Below are positions 51,317-64,000 of a stretch of 64,000 nucleotides of DNA, piece by piece (within the stretch, counting starts at the first letter, position 1; every line of letters starts with the position of its first letter). This DNA is from Chiloscyllium plagiosum (Eukaryota), in assembly GCF_004010195.1 (NCBI RefSeq), contig NC_057760.1:1734215-1798214 (forward strand). Reading direction: 5' to 3'. Position numbers and translations under genes: made by a program. The notes under the pieces were generated by a model. It had not been told where the DNA came from and did no database searches. It was given only the letters and a program-made list of their open reading frames with translations.

Positions 51317-52703
51317 TTAGATTAGATTCCCTACAGTGTGGAAACAGGCCATTTGGCCCCACAAGTCCACGCTGACCCTCCGAAGACTAACCCACCTAGA
51401 CCCATTTCCCTCTGACTAATACACCTAACACTATGGGCAATCTAGCATGACCACTTCACCTAACCTGCACATCCCTGGGCACTACAGGACAATTTAGCAT
51501 GGCCAATCCACATCCTGGACACTCCGGGACAATTTAGCATGGCCAATCCACCCTAACCTGCACATCCCTGGGTACTATGGGACAATTTAGCATGGCCAAT
51601 CCACCCTAACCTGCACATCCCTGGGCACTATGGGACAATTTAGAACGGCCAATCCACATCCTGGATACTACGGGACAATTTAGCATGGCCAATCCACCCT
51701 AACCTGCACATCCCTGGCCACTTCGAGACAATTTACCAAGGCCAATCCACCCCTAACCTGCACATCCCTGGGCACTATGGGACAATTTAGCATGGCCAAT
51801 CCACCCTAACCTGCACATCCCTGGACACTACGGGACAATTTAGAACGGCCAATCCACATCCTGGATACTACGGGACAATTTAGCATGGCCAATCCACCCA
51901 AACCTGCACATCCCTGGGCACTACGAGACAATTTACCAAGGCCAATCCACCCCTAACCTGCACATCCCTGGGCACTATGGGACAATTTAGCATGGCCAAT
52001 CCACCCTAACCTGCACATCCCTGGGCACTACGAGAAAATTTACCATGGCCAATCCACCCTAACCTGCACATCCCTGGGCACTACGAGACAATTTACCATG
52101 TCCAATCCACCCTAACCTGCACATCCCTGGACACTATGGGACAATTTAGCACGGCCAATCCACCCTAACCTGAACATCCCTGGGCACTATGGGACAATTT
52201 AGCATGGCCAATCCACCATAACCTGCACATCCCTGGGCACTATGGGACAATTTAGCATGACCAATCCACCCTAACCTGCACATCCCTGGGCACTATGGGA
52301 CAAATTTAGCACGCCAATCCACCCTAACCTGAACATCCCTGGGCACTATGGGACAATTTAGCATGGCCAATCCACCCTAACCTGCACATCCCTGGGCACT
52401 ATGGGACAATTTAGCATGGTCAATCCACCCTAACCTGCACATCCCTGGGCACTACGGGACAATTTAGTATGGCCAATCCACCCCTGACCTGCACATCCCT
52501 GGGCACTACGGGACAATTTAGCATGGCCAATCCACCCTAACCTGCAGAACTTTGGACTATGGGAGGAAACCGGAGCACCTGGAGGAAACCCACACAGACA
52601 CAGGGAGAATGTGCAAACTCCACACAGACAGTCGCCCCGAGGGTGGAATTAACCCTGGGTCCCTGGTGCCATGAGGCAGCAGTGCTAACCACTGAGCCAC
52701 CAT
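51317..52703 (-). mobile_element. V-SINE with ~20-unit internal 53-bp array (51430-52545)
   Basis: Tail at 51317, head at ~52700, array between. Confidence 0.9.
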
Positions 52704-52734
52704 CTTGAAACCCCTGGTGGCTTCTCCACCGACA

Positions 52735-53215
52735 CCATCCCCGCCCCATCCACTGCACCTTCCCTGTAACCGCAGAAGGTGCAACACCTGCCCCTTACAC
52801 TCCTCGCTGTTCACCATCCAAGGGCCTGAGCCAGGTGAAGCAACATTTCACCTGTACCTCCTCTGATCTTGTGTATTGTATTCACTGCACCTAATGCAAA
52901 TTGGAGAAACCAATCGCAGACTGGGTGATCGCTTTGCAGGACTCTGACCTTCCCATAGCCGGTCACTTTAACACAGCGTCCTGCTCGCATGGCCACATGT
53001 CTGTTCTCAGTGGAGAAGGCTGGAAGAACATAGCAGGCCGGGCAGCATCAGCTGTGAAGAAGTCAATGTTTCGGCTGTGACCCTTCTCTAGTCCTGAACA
53101 AGGGTTACACCTGAAATGTCGACCACTCCACCTCCTGAAGCTGCCTGGCTTGCTGTGTTCTTCCAGCCGCCTGCTTGTCTACCTTGGATTCCAGCATCTG
53201 CAGTTTTTGTTTTCT
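52735..53215 (+). mobile_element. Penelope-like GIY-YIG fragment followed by an inverted terminal arm pair; related fragment at ~55895-56350 (-)
   Basis: VKQHFTCTSSDLVYCIHC..IGETNRRLGDRF; palindrome GGCTGGAAGAACA...TGTTCTTCCAGCC. Confidence 0.75.
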
Positions 53216-53219
53216 CTAA

Positions 53220-54150
53220 CAGAGGAGGTATAATTAGTAAGTTTGCGGATGACACCAAAATTGGAGGTGTAGTGGACAGCAAAGAGGGTTACCTCAGATT
53301 ACAACAGGATCTGGACCAGATGGGCCAATGGGCTGAGAAGTGGCAGATGGAGTTTAATTTAGATAAATGCGAGGTGCTGCATTTTGGGAAAGGCAAATCA
53401 GGGTAGGACTTATACACTTAATGGTAAGGTCCCAGGGAGTGTTGCTGAACAAAGAGACCTTGGAGTGCAGGTTCATAGCTCCTTGAAAGTGGAGTTGCAG
53501 GTAGATAGGATAGTGAAGAAGGCATTTGGTATGCTTTCCTTTATTAGTCAGAGTATTGAGTATAGGAGTCGGGATGTCATGTTGCGGCTGTACAGGACAT
53601 TGGTTAGGCCACTGTTGGAATATTCTGTGCAGTTCTGGTCTCCTTCCTATCGGGAAGATGTTGTGAAACATGAAAGGGTTCAGAAAAGATTTACAAGGAT
53701 GTTGCCAGGGTTGGAGGGTTTGAGCTACAGGGAGAGGCTGAACAGGTTGGGGCTGTTTTCCCTGGAGCGTCAGAGGCTGAGGGGTGACCTTATAGAGGTT
53801 TATAAAATCAAGAGGGACATGGATAGGATAAACATCTTTTCCCTGGGGTGGGGTAGTCCAAAACTAGAGGGCATAGGGTTAGGGTGAGAGGGGAAGATAT
53901 AAAAGGGACCCAAGTGGCAACCTTTTCACCTGGTGCGTGTATGGAATGAGCTGCCAGAGGAAGTGGTGGAGGCTGGTACAATGACAGCATTTAAAAGGCA
54001 CCTGGATGGGGACATGAATAGGAAGGGTTTGGAGGGATATGGGCCGGGTGCTGGCAGGTGGGACTAGATTGGGTTGGGATATCTGGTCGGCATGGACGGG
54101 TTGGACCGAAGGGTCTGTTTCTGTGCTGCACATCTCTATGAGTCTATGAT
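53220..54150 (+). mobile_element. CR1/HER1 LINE 3' ~930 bp
   Basis: [11 protein letters not shown] to tail; RPLLEYSVQFWSP. Confidence 0.92.
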
Positions 54151-54369
54151 GTGTCTGTCCTCTGCATGCTGTAGTGTTCAAGTGAATCGCAGCGCTAACT
54201 GGAATACCATCATCTCATCTTCAGACCAGGCACGTTACAGTCTTCTGCACTTAATACTGAGTTCAACACCCTCAAATTGTGAACCAGATCCCATTCCTTC
54301 CCTTTCTTTTAGCTTGTTATCATTTCCCCTTTTCCCTCCCCCATCCAAGTGGGACTGTCTGTCCTTTCA

Positions 54370-54556
54370 GGTCTGGATAGAGACAAATGCTGGAACCCAA
54401 GGTAGACAGGCAGGGGGCTGGAAGAACACAGAGAGCCAGGCAGCGTCAGGAGGTGTGAAGTAGGCATTTCAGGCCTTAAAGAAGGATTACACCCGAAACG
54501 TCGACTTCTCCACCTCCTGACGCTGCCTGGCCTGCTGTGTTCTTCCAGCCCCCTGC
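54370..54556. mobile_element. Palindromic Penelope-derived element (third arm family)
   Basis: 11-bp TSD CTGTCCTTTCA at 54359-54369 and 54557-54567; CACCCGAAACGTC core. Confidence 0.7.
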
Positions 54557-54835
54557 CTGTCCTTTCAAGCCTGGCAGGTAGACTCACCAGTGTTCTGCCG
54601 TTCTCACGTTCTGATCACTTAATCTGAACGTTCAACATGTTTTCTCCATCAGCACCCTGCACCCTACCCCTCCACAATTCACTTCCGCTTGCTCTCTCTG
54701 CATGGGGTGCTGTCTGACCCTCTGTAATCTCCAGCATTTGTTGTTTTCAGGAGGGATTCCGTGATTCTATGATTCAGTACTGGTTCCTCCCAGTTCAGTT
54801 ACACACGACATGTCTCACAAGGGCCAGCTGTGAAA

Positions 54836-55695
54836 TAGAGTCATAGAGATGTACAGCACGGAAACAGACCCTTCGGTCCAACCCGTCCATGCTGTCCAGA
54901 TATCCCAATCTAGTCCCACCTGCCAGCACCCGGCCCATATCCCTCCAAACCCTTCCTATTCATATACCCATCCAAATGCCTTTTAAATGTTGTAATTGTA
55001 CCAGCCTCCACCACTTCCTCTGGCAGCTCATTCCATACACGTACCACCTTCTGTGTGAAAAAGTTGCCCCTTGGGTCCCTTTTATATCTTTCCCCTCTCA
55101 CCTTAAACCTACAACCTCTAGTTCTGGATTCCCCCACCCCAGGGAAAAGACTTTGCCTATTTACCCTCTCCATGCCCCCTCATGATTTCATAAACCTGTG
55201 GGCGGCACGGTGGCCCAGTGGTTAGCACTGCTGCCTCACAGCGCCTGTAGACCCGGGTTCAATTCCCGACTCAGGCGACTGACTGTGTGGAGTTTGCACA
55301 TTCTCCCCGTGTCTGCGTGGGTTTCCTCCGGGTGCTCCGGTTTCCTCCCACAGTCCAAAGATGTGCGGGTCAGGTGAATTGGCCATGCTAAATTGCCCGT
55401 AGTGTTAAGTTAAAGGGGTAAATGTAGGGGTATGGGTGGGTTGCGCTTCGGCGGGTCGGTGTGGACTTGTTGGGCCGAAGGGCCTGTTTCCACACTGTAA
55501 GTAATCTAATCTAATCTAATCTATACGGTCACCCCTCAGCCTCCGACACTCCGGGGAAAACAGCCTCAGCCTGTTCAGCCTCTCCCTGTAGCTCAAACCC
55601 TCCAACCCTGGCAACATCCTTGTAAATCTTTTCTGAACCCTTTCAAGGTTCACAACATCTTTCCGATAGGAAGGAGACCAGAATTGCACACAATG
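54836..55695 (-). mobile_element. CR1 3' end interrupted by a young V-SINE (55199-55520 +)
   Basis: [26 protein letters not shown] head and (TAATC)n tail. Confidence 0.9.
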
Positions 55696-57377
55696 TTCCC
55701 TATTGACACAATTATGCATTACTTTAGCACTTAGCTCAAAACGTTCATGATATAATCACAGGCCTACTCAAGGACAGTGCCCCGAGTGAGTCATGCTCTG
55801 CGTAGCTGAATTAAAACATTCTCAAAGTACCGATGAAATAACCACTAATGTGAAGCCACCTGGGGTTTCAAGACTGGAGGTGTTCCGCAAAGTGGTCACC
55901 CAGTCTGCGATTGGTTTCTCCAATGTGCATTAGGTGCAGTGAATACCTCGGAGGAGGTACAGGTGAAACGTTGCTTCACCTGGTTCAGGCCCTTGGATGG
56001 TGAGCAGCGAGGAGTGGAAGGGGCAGGTGTTGCACCTTCTATGGTTACAGAGGAAGGTGCAGTGGACAGGGCGGGGATGGTGTCAGTGGTTGTAGAATGA
56101 ACTGGAGGCAACGATCCCTGCAAAATGAGGACATTGGTAGTGAGAGCAAGATGTGTTTGGTGATGGAGTTGTCTGAAATGGCAGAGAATGATTCTTTGAA
56201 CGCAGAGACTGGTGGGACAGAAAGTGAGGACGAGGGGTACCCGATCACGCTGTTGTCAGCGATGGGGGGGGTTGGCAACGGCGGGAGTACGGGCGATGGG
56301 ACAGATGCAGTTGAGGGCCCCGTCAACCAGAGTGGGTGGGAAACCACTTTTTACAAAAAGAATATTAAAACTGTTCATGATTGACATAACACAGCCAGAG
56401 CAGGGAAATACAAAGACAAGTTCAGAATAATTGTCAATGCCGACATTAACTCTCGCACTCCGCACTCTAATCCGAGAAACAGACGAGCTCAGTGAGACTG
56501 ATGTGGGACAGGAGGCCATTCAGCCATAGGGTCAGAGAGATGTACAGCACGGAAACACACCCTTCGGTCCAAATCGTCCATGCCCTAACCTAATCCAATC
56601 CCATTGGCCAGCACTTGGCCCATATCCCTCAAAACTCTTCCTATTCATGTCCCCATCCAGGTGCCTTTTAACTGTTGCCATTGTACCAGTGTCCACCACA
56701 TCCTCGGGCAACTCATTCCATACACGCATCACTCTCTGCGTGAAAAGGTTGCCCCTTAGGTCCCTTTTATATCTTTTCCCTCTCACCCTAAACCTATGCC
56801 CCTCTAGTTCTGAACTCCCAAACTCTTTTCAGCAAGCAGCCTACAGAATCAAAGTCAAAACATGTGGTGCTTGGAAAGCACAGCCGGTCGGGCAACATCC
56901 AAGGAGCAGGAGAGTCGACATTTCAAGCATAAACTCTTCATCAGGAACGTGTGAAGGGCTTACGCTCCAAACGTCGACTCTCCTGCTCCTCGGATGCTGT
57001 GCCTTTCCGACACCACACTTTTTGACGCTGATTTGGAGATACCAGTGTTGGACTGGGGTGTACAAAGTTAAAAATCATACAACACCAGGTTAGAGTCCAA
57101 CAGGTTTGACCTGTCGGACCATAACCCTTGTGTGATTTTTAACATTTTGATGCTAGTCTCCAGCATGCAGTCCTCACTTTCTCCCTGCGGAATCAGACGA
57201 GATAGGAGCTCTCGCTTCCTTGAGCTGGAGGTATTATCCAAACATGATAGGCCCAAGGTGGAGCAGGGCGAGTGTTAGAGAAGAGGGCAGAGGAGGGGTG
57301 TCTGTGCGGTGAATGCTCCAACCAATGTTTCTCACCTGCACTCCTCACCTCTGTTTCACCCCCTTGTTCCCGAGCAG

Positions 57378-57558
57378 ACAGGGGGAGAACCGAACAGCCC
57401 CCGAGCCCTCCAGCTACCTGAGAACACAGCACGTCCATCCGGAGCGGGGACGCTGCCAGGACGGGTTCACGTCACGAGGACCTGCAGGCCCGGGCGCCTC
57501 TGCCGCAATCACCGAGAATTCGCTCAGCGGGGATCTGGCAGGTAATGAGCAGCCACAG
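57378..57558 (+). CDS. TTC24: Probable TTC24 exon (QGENRTAPEPSSYLRTQHV...GDLAGNEQPQ)
   Basis: Long pyrimidine tract + cag; phase 2 start matches the previous exon; GC/CpG-rich unique island; CAG|GTGAGG donor (alternative gtaatg donor at 57542). Confidence 0.55.
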
Positions 57559-57748
57559 GTGAGGTGGGCACCGCCATTACTTCACTTTTTAAAATCGGGA
57601 TTGCTGCCTAACGAGATGGGACCTATCACAGCTTTCAGTTTGAGAGCCACACTCGTACAAAACCATCAGGTCAGTGCAGCACACAGAGGTGGCCGTTCGG
57701 CCCGCAGAATCATTGGATTGTGACAGTACACAACTCATACTAGGATCT

Positions 57749-59225
57749 TGGGGCGGCGCAGTGACTCAGCGGTTCTGGTTTCCTCCCACAATCCAAAAAT
57801 GTGCAGGTTAGGGTGGATTGGCCATGCTAAATTGTCCCATAGTGCCCAGGGATGTGCAGGTTAGGGTGGATTGGCCATGCTAAATTGTCCTGTAGTGTCC
57901 AGGAATGTGCAGGTTAGGATGGATTGGCCATGCTAAATTGTCCCTAAAAATGTGTTGCTGGAAAAGCGCAGCAGGTCGGGCAGCATCCAAGGAGCAGGAG
58001 AATCGACGTTTCAGGCATGAGCCCTTCTTCAGGGATGCTCCTTGGATGCTGTCCGACCTGCTGCGCTTTTCCAGCAACACATTTTCAGCTCTGATCTCCA
58101 GCATCTGCAGACCTCACTTTCTCCATGCTAAATTGTCCTGTAGTACCCAGGGATGTGCAGGTTAGGTGCATTAGTCAGGGGTAAATATCTGATAATAGGA
58201 CAGGGAAATGGGTCTGGCTGGGTTAGTCTTCGCTGAAAATGTGTTGCTGGAAAAGCGCAGCAGGTCGGGCAGCATCCAGGGAACAGGAGAAACGTCAATT
58301 CTCCTGTTCCCTGGATGCTGCCTGACCTGCTGCGCTTTTCCAGCAACACATTTTCAGCTCTGATCTCCAGCATCTGTAGACCTCACTTTCTCCCTGGGTT
58401 ACTCTTCGGAGGACCGGTGTTACGACACAAGATAAACCCCTCTGCTAATTTAAACCAGCCACACAGAAAAGATTCACCTCAGGCTATAATCTGTTAAAAT
58501 TCAAGAGGCAAAGGACTATCCCAGAGGTCACTACTTAAAGTAAAAATTTACAACTTTATCCTTTAATTCCAACAGAGAATATTAAAACCAACAACTATTT
58601 ACAACTTCTTTCTCTTCAACCTACTTGTTACCTCCCACTCTATAATACTAGTCTGATAAAAATTCTCAATTAAGATTTACAAAAAAGAATCATGTTTCGA
58701 AACCAGGCAGCTTTGCAAATTCTCCTTTCTAGATTTTCTCTGTAAATGCTCTCCCTGTCAGCCTCGATGTCCTGCTGCACGTACTCCCCACAGACCGGTA
58801 TCTTTCAGAGAGCTTTTCAGCTAGCAGTCTACATTTGTTGGTCCTTGGCAGTTCTCCCCCCAACTGTTCAAAATGTCTGGTTTTATACCCCAATACATCG
58901 GATTGTTTTATTGATTTTAATATCAGCAAAATACTAAATTCAAATTTGATTGGAGTTTGGTATCTTGGGGCACGGCCAATCTCGGGGCAGAATTTAAACT
59001 GATTGGCTGAATTTGAATTTGCTTTTGTTTCATGGTAACCTATCTGCTGCTATTTGTTTCGATGAGGTGTGACATTGTTGCCTTGTTCAGGACTCTCTGT
59101 GCTTTGTCAGTCCTGGCTAGCTTTTCAACTCGCTTAAAGGTACAGTCCACCTCTACACCTTCATAACAGCCAGTGTGAACTCACAAGGCGAAAGGGCCTG
59201 TTTCCACAGTGAAGGGATTCTATGA
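57749..59225 (+). mobile_element. V-SINE fragmented by two palindromic elements (57944-58122, 58233-58393) and a solo LTR
   Basis: TSDs CCATGCTAAATTGTCC (16 bp) and CTGGGTTA(G/C)TCTTCG (15 bp); SINE tail resumes at 59169. Confidence 0.8.
58418..59168. mobile_element. Probable solo LTR (~751 bp)
   Basis: TGTTACGA...TCATAACA: TG..CA ends with short inverted termini; clean insertion in a SINE. Confidence 0.65.
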
Positions 59226-60443
59226 TCTTCAATCACAGCGCAGAAAGAGGACACTCGGACCATTGAATCCGCAGCATCCCAAAATACACACTCACTCACA
59301 CCACACTCCCTGCAATCCTGCATTTACTATGGCTAATCCACCGTGCCTGCAAATCCTTGGACACCTTGGTGCAATTTAGCATGGCCGATCTATCTAACCA
59401 GAAGGAGGTGATTCACCCCATCGTAGCTACACCGGCTCCCAAAAGAGTTACCCCGCTAGTCCCACTCCCGGCCCTATCTCCATAGCATTCTGGATTCATC
59501 ACATTCAAGTACAGATCCGGCTCTCTACCTAAACCTTTTTGTTTTGAATCCCTACCGTGTGGCCAGAGGCCATTCAGCCCTTGAAGTCTGCAACACTCTG
59601 AAGAGCATCCCACCCAAACCCTATCTCAGTAACCTCACATTTCCCATGGCCAATCCACCCTAACCTGCACATCCCTGGGCACTATGGGACAATTTAGCAT
59701 GGCTAATCCACCCTAACCTGCACATCTTTGGACTGTGGGAGGAAACTGGAGCACCCACATAGACACGGGGAGAACGTACAAACTCCACACAGACAGTCAC
59801 CCGAGGCTGGTACTTCCTGTGGAATTCACCTCCATCACTCTCCTGGGCAGTGCATTCTGAATCCTAATACTCTTGAGTGAAAACGTTTCTCCTCATTTTG
59901 CTTCTAGTTCTCATGCTGACACTTTTGAATTTGTGACCCCCAGTTACTGACATATCGAGTGGTACGTGTATGGAATGAGCTGCCAGAGGATGTGGTGGAG
60001 GCTGGTACAATTGCAACATTTAAAAGGCATTTGGGTGGGTATATGAATAGGAAGGGTTTGGAGGGATATGGGCCGGGTGCTGGCAGGTGGGACTAGATTG
60101 GGTTGGGATATCTGGACGGCATGGACGTGTTGGACCGAGGGTCTGTTTCCGTGCTGTACATCTCTATGACTCGATATCAACTCGTGGATACAGACTGTCC
60201 TTCTTTACCCTGTCAAAATTGTTCACCATTTTGCACACCTCAATAAGATCACCTCTTAATATTCTCTGCTCTAAGAGCAGAAGCCCCAGTTTCTCTCATC
60301 TCTCATTGTGTCTAAAATCTCTCATGCCTGGTATCATTTTGGTCAATCTCTTTTGAACTCTTTCCAAGGCTTTAATATTCTTCTACAAATAAGGTGCCCA
60401 GAACTGCACACAATACTCTAAATGTGGTCCGACCAATGATTTG

Positions 60444-60745
60444 GTGGGCGGCACGGTGGTTAGCACTGCTGCCTCGCAGCGCCAGAGACCCGGGTTCAAT
60501 TCCCGCCTCAGGCGACTGACTCTGTGGAGTTTGCACGTTCTCCCCGTGTCTGTGTGGGTTTCCTCCGGGTGCTCCGGTTTCCTCCCACAGTCCAAAGATG
60601 TGCAGGTCAGGTGAATTGGCTATGCTAAATTGCCCGTAGTGTTAGGTAAGGGGTAAATGTAGGGGTATGGGTGGGTTACGCTTCGGCGGGTCGATGTGGA
60701 CTTGTTGGGCCGAAGGGCCTGTTTCCACACTGTAAAGTAATCTAA
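60444..60745 (+). mobile_element. V-SINE inside a CR1 fragment
   Basis: Head-core-tail. Confidence 0.88.
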
Positions 60746-60769
60746 TTTGTAGCGTCATTTCCTTGGTTT

Positions 60770-62300
60770 TTAGATAATCACAATAGGTCCATGTCAGACA
60801 CCATCTCCCTGGCCCTCCACTCATCCTTGGAACATCTGGATAACAAGGGCACCCATATCTGGCTCCTGTTTATTGCCATTAGCTCCGTCTGCAACACTAC
60901 AATTCCAAGCGAACTCAACTACAAACTCCGAGATCTGCGACTCTGCACCACTCCCACCACCCAGCTACAACTGTGTCCTCGACTTCCTGATCCGCAATCA
61001 GTAAGGGCAGGTGACATCACTTCCTCCAGAATAATCCTCAACACTGGCATCCCTCCAGGCTGCGTGCTCAGCCCTGACTGTACCCCTTATACACTTATGA
61101 CTTTTTGGCCAATTCCATGGCTCTAACTCCATTTGCAAATTTGCTGATGACCCCACCACAGTGGGTCAGATCTCAAACAATGATGAGACAGAGTGCGGGA
61201 ACGCGATAGAGAGCTTAGCGGTGTGACAGAGAGACAACACTCAATTAGGAGAAAGTGAGGGGTTGCAGGTGCTGGAGGTCAGAGTCGAGAGTGTGGTGCT
61301 GGAAAAGCGCAACAGGTCAGGCACCATCCGGGGAGCAGGACAATCAACATTTCGGACATGAGCTCGACGCTGATCTCCAGTGTCTGCAGTCCTCACTTTC
61401 AACTGGTTGATTTTAACCCTACTGAGGAGCCTCTTCCAAGGACGCCTACCTTGAAGAAGTTCTCCTCTCTCTACAAGGTCCTGATGAAGGGCTTATGCCC
61501 CAAGCGTCGATTCTCCTGCGCCTCGGATGCTGCCTGACCTGCTGTGCTTTTCCAGCGCCACACTCTCAACTACAATCTCTCCCTCAATGTCAGCAAAACA
61601 AAGGAACTGGTCAGCAGCCTCAGGAAGCCAAGTGGAGGACACGCCCCTGTCTGAGGTGGAGATGGTCCAGAGCTTCAAGTTCCTAGGATTAAATATCACC
61701 AACAATCTGTCCTGTTGCATCCACGTCGACACTACAGTTCTGAAAGCACACCAACGCCTCTACTTCCTCAGAAGTAGTTGCACCCCCTGAGAAAAAGAAC
61801 AGGAAATGACGTCACCACAGGAAATGATGTCACCACAGGAAATGACACCACCAACCAGAGGAAACTCAAACATATAAATAGAAAGCGGGCTACATCACCA
61901 GTGCTTCATTCGGAGGCTCACTGAAGATGTTATGTAGTATGGTGACGAAACGTCTGAAAACGAACCTTGCAGCTCAGCAAGCAAACATACATCCAGACTG
62001 AGGAAATTCAGGGCGTCCGCAATGACTCTTACCAATTTTCTATGGGCGCACTATAGAAAGCGTCCTTTCCGGATGCATCACAGTTTGGTATGGCAATTGC
62101 TGTGCCCAAGATCGCAAGAAATTACAGAGAGTTGTGAACGCAGCCCAGTCCATCACGAAAGCCCAGCCCTTCCTTCCACTGACTCTATCCATACTTCCCA
62201 CTGCCTCGGGAAAGCTGTCATCAAACACCCCTCCCACCCCGATTATAATCTCTTCCACCTTCTTCCATCAAGCAGAAGATACAAAGATTTGAGAACAGCT
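60770..62300 (+). mobile_element. Rex1/Babar-type LINE RT fragment with nested Penelope-terminus inserts (61248-61570, ~61773-61997)
   Basis: ALHSSLEHLDNKGT; LNTGIPPGCVLSP; KFADD; KAHQRLYFLR. Confidence 0.8.
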
Positions 62301-62436
62301 TCTTCAGATTTCATCAGGAGCAGCGCTCCAAAAGTTAGTGCTTCCAAATAAATCTGTTGGGCTATAACCTGGTGTTATATGATTTTTAAATTTTGTCCAC
62401 CTCAGTCCAACATCGGCACCTCCACCTCAGACTTAT

Positions 62437-63108
62437 TTAGATTAGCTTAGATTCTCTACAGTATGAAAACAGGCCCTTCAGGTTCACACTGAACCTCCGA
62501 AGAGTAAACCGCCCAGACCCATTTCCCTAAACGATATTTACCCCTGACTAATGCACCTAACACTATGGGACAATTTAGCATGGCCACTCCACCCGAACCT
62601 GCACATCCCTGGGCACTACGGGACAATTTAGCATGGCCAATCCACCCCTAACCTGCACATCCCTGGGCACTACGGGACAATTTAGCATGGCCAATCTCCC
62701 CTAACCTGCACATCAGGTTCACACTGAAACCTCCGAAAGTAAACCGCCCAGACCCATTTCCCTAAACGATATTTACCCCTGACTAATGCACCTAACACTA
62801 TGGGACAATTTAGCATGGCCACTCCACCCGAACCTGCACATCCCTGGGCACTACGGGACAATTTAGCATGGCCAATCCACCCTAACCTGCAAATCCCTGG
62901 GCACTACGGGACAATTTAGCATGGCCAATCCACCCTAACCTGCACATCCCTGGGCACTATGGGACAATTTAGCATGGCCAAATGCACACAGACACGGTGG
63001 GGGGGGAGAATGTGCAAACTCCACAAAGACGTTCGCCCCGAGGCTGGAATCGAACCTGGGCCCCCGGTGCCGTGAGGCAACGGTGCCAACCACTGAGCCA
63101 CCGTGCCC
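62437..63108 (-). mobile_element. V-SINE with an internal ~235-bp tandem duplication
   Basis: 62479-62713 repeated from 62714. Confidence 0.8.
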
Positions 63109-64000
63109 CCCCAGTCTTGTTTCTGTGAGCTCAGCTTTGATTCTTTGAAACTCCATATTCTCGAGCCTCCCCGATCTCACCTCCATAGGGCAATCCCCCT
63201 ATCCTGGGAACAAACCCCACAAGCTCTTTCCAAGGCACTCTTCACTCTCCCTTCATCAAGAAGGTCTTTAGGGTTCCAAGGTACTGGGGGAGAAAGGGTT
63301 AACAGGGGACTCGGATGATCAGCTATAATCCTATTGAATGGCAGAGAAGGCTGGAAGGCTTAATTCCAGATTTTCATTGAATTCAAATTCTACCGTCGAT
63401 TCAAACCTGGGTCTCTGGATTAATATTCCTGATTCCCCTGCTCCTCGGTCGCTGTCTGACCGGCTGCGCTTTTCCAGCACCACACTTTTCGACTCTGATC
63501 TCCAGCATCTGCAGTCCCTCACTTGCCCTGGATTAACAGTCCGGCGATAAAACCACTGGGCCCTTTGTATAATCCCGGTCTTGTTCTTTTTTTCCAAACC
63601 TGTGAACTTTGAGCCTTTCCCCTCTTTACCTTGGATCTCTCACGTTATCTACTTTGATAAACAAAAGTCCCTAGCTATTATCATACTGTAGATTTGGTGA
63701 TCTTGCTGCAGGTGTACAGGGCTTTGGTGAGGCCACACCTTGAGTGTTGAGCGCAGTTTTGGTCTCCTAGTCCGAGGGAGGACATTCCTGCTGTCGAGGG
63801 ATTCTGGTGAAGGTTCACCAGGGCTGATTCCCGGGACGGCAGGACTGACATATGAGGAAAAATTGGATCGAATGGGCTTGTACTCCCTGGAATTTAGAAA
63901 TATGAGGGGGGGATCTCGTACAAACAGATAAAATCCTGAAGGGATTGGACAGGCTGGATGCGGGAAGAATTTTGGGCACTAGGGGGTCACAGTCTCAGAA

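Noticed and set aside
54751..54833. Extra TTC24 exon after a ttgttttcag acceptor
   Set aside because: Acceptor lies in a repeat end, the following sequence looks like a SINE tail, and there is no good donor
62479..62880. Near-identical ~235-bp tandem duplication as a biological signal
   Set aside because: Inside a SINE array; cannot be distinguished from an assembly artefact without reads

Overview
Eukaryotic, repeat-rich genomic DNA, almost certainly from a shark or other elasmobranch: it carries HE1-type V-SINEs, CR1/HER1 LINEs and DeuSINE-like remnants. Two divergently transcribed multi-exon genes could be assembled by hand from GT-AG splice sites with consistent phases. IQGAP3 (minus strand) has coding exons 1-8 in the window (275 codons, CH domain and start of the IQGAP repeats) and continues off the left edge. 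TTC24 (plus strand, TPR protein) has 7 coding exons (529 codons, last two less certain) and continues off the right edge. They appear to share a CpG-rich bidirectional promoter at ~19.2-19.76 kb with two ZNF143/THAP11-type motifs and an RFX X-box-like site. The introns are filled with CR1, Rex/Babar and Penelope-like (GIY-YIG) fragments, SINEs, a Tc1/mariner-type MITE, probable solo LTRs and minisatellites, including a 3.7-kb 42-bp array that explains the spurious 800-1250 aa ORFs. There is an assembly gap at 28744-29366. The most unusual signal is a set of short (~85-220 bp) palindromic elements built from Penelope-like termini. Many are flanked by 11-16 bp target-site duplications and some carry back-to-back minimal hammerhead-ribozyme cores. 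Repeat boundaries are approximate; family names come from recognition, not a database search.
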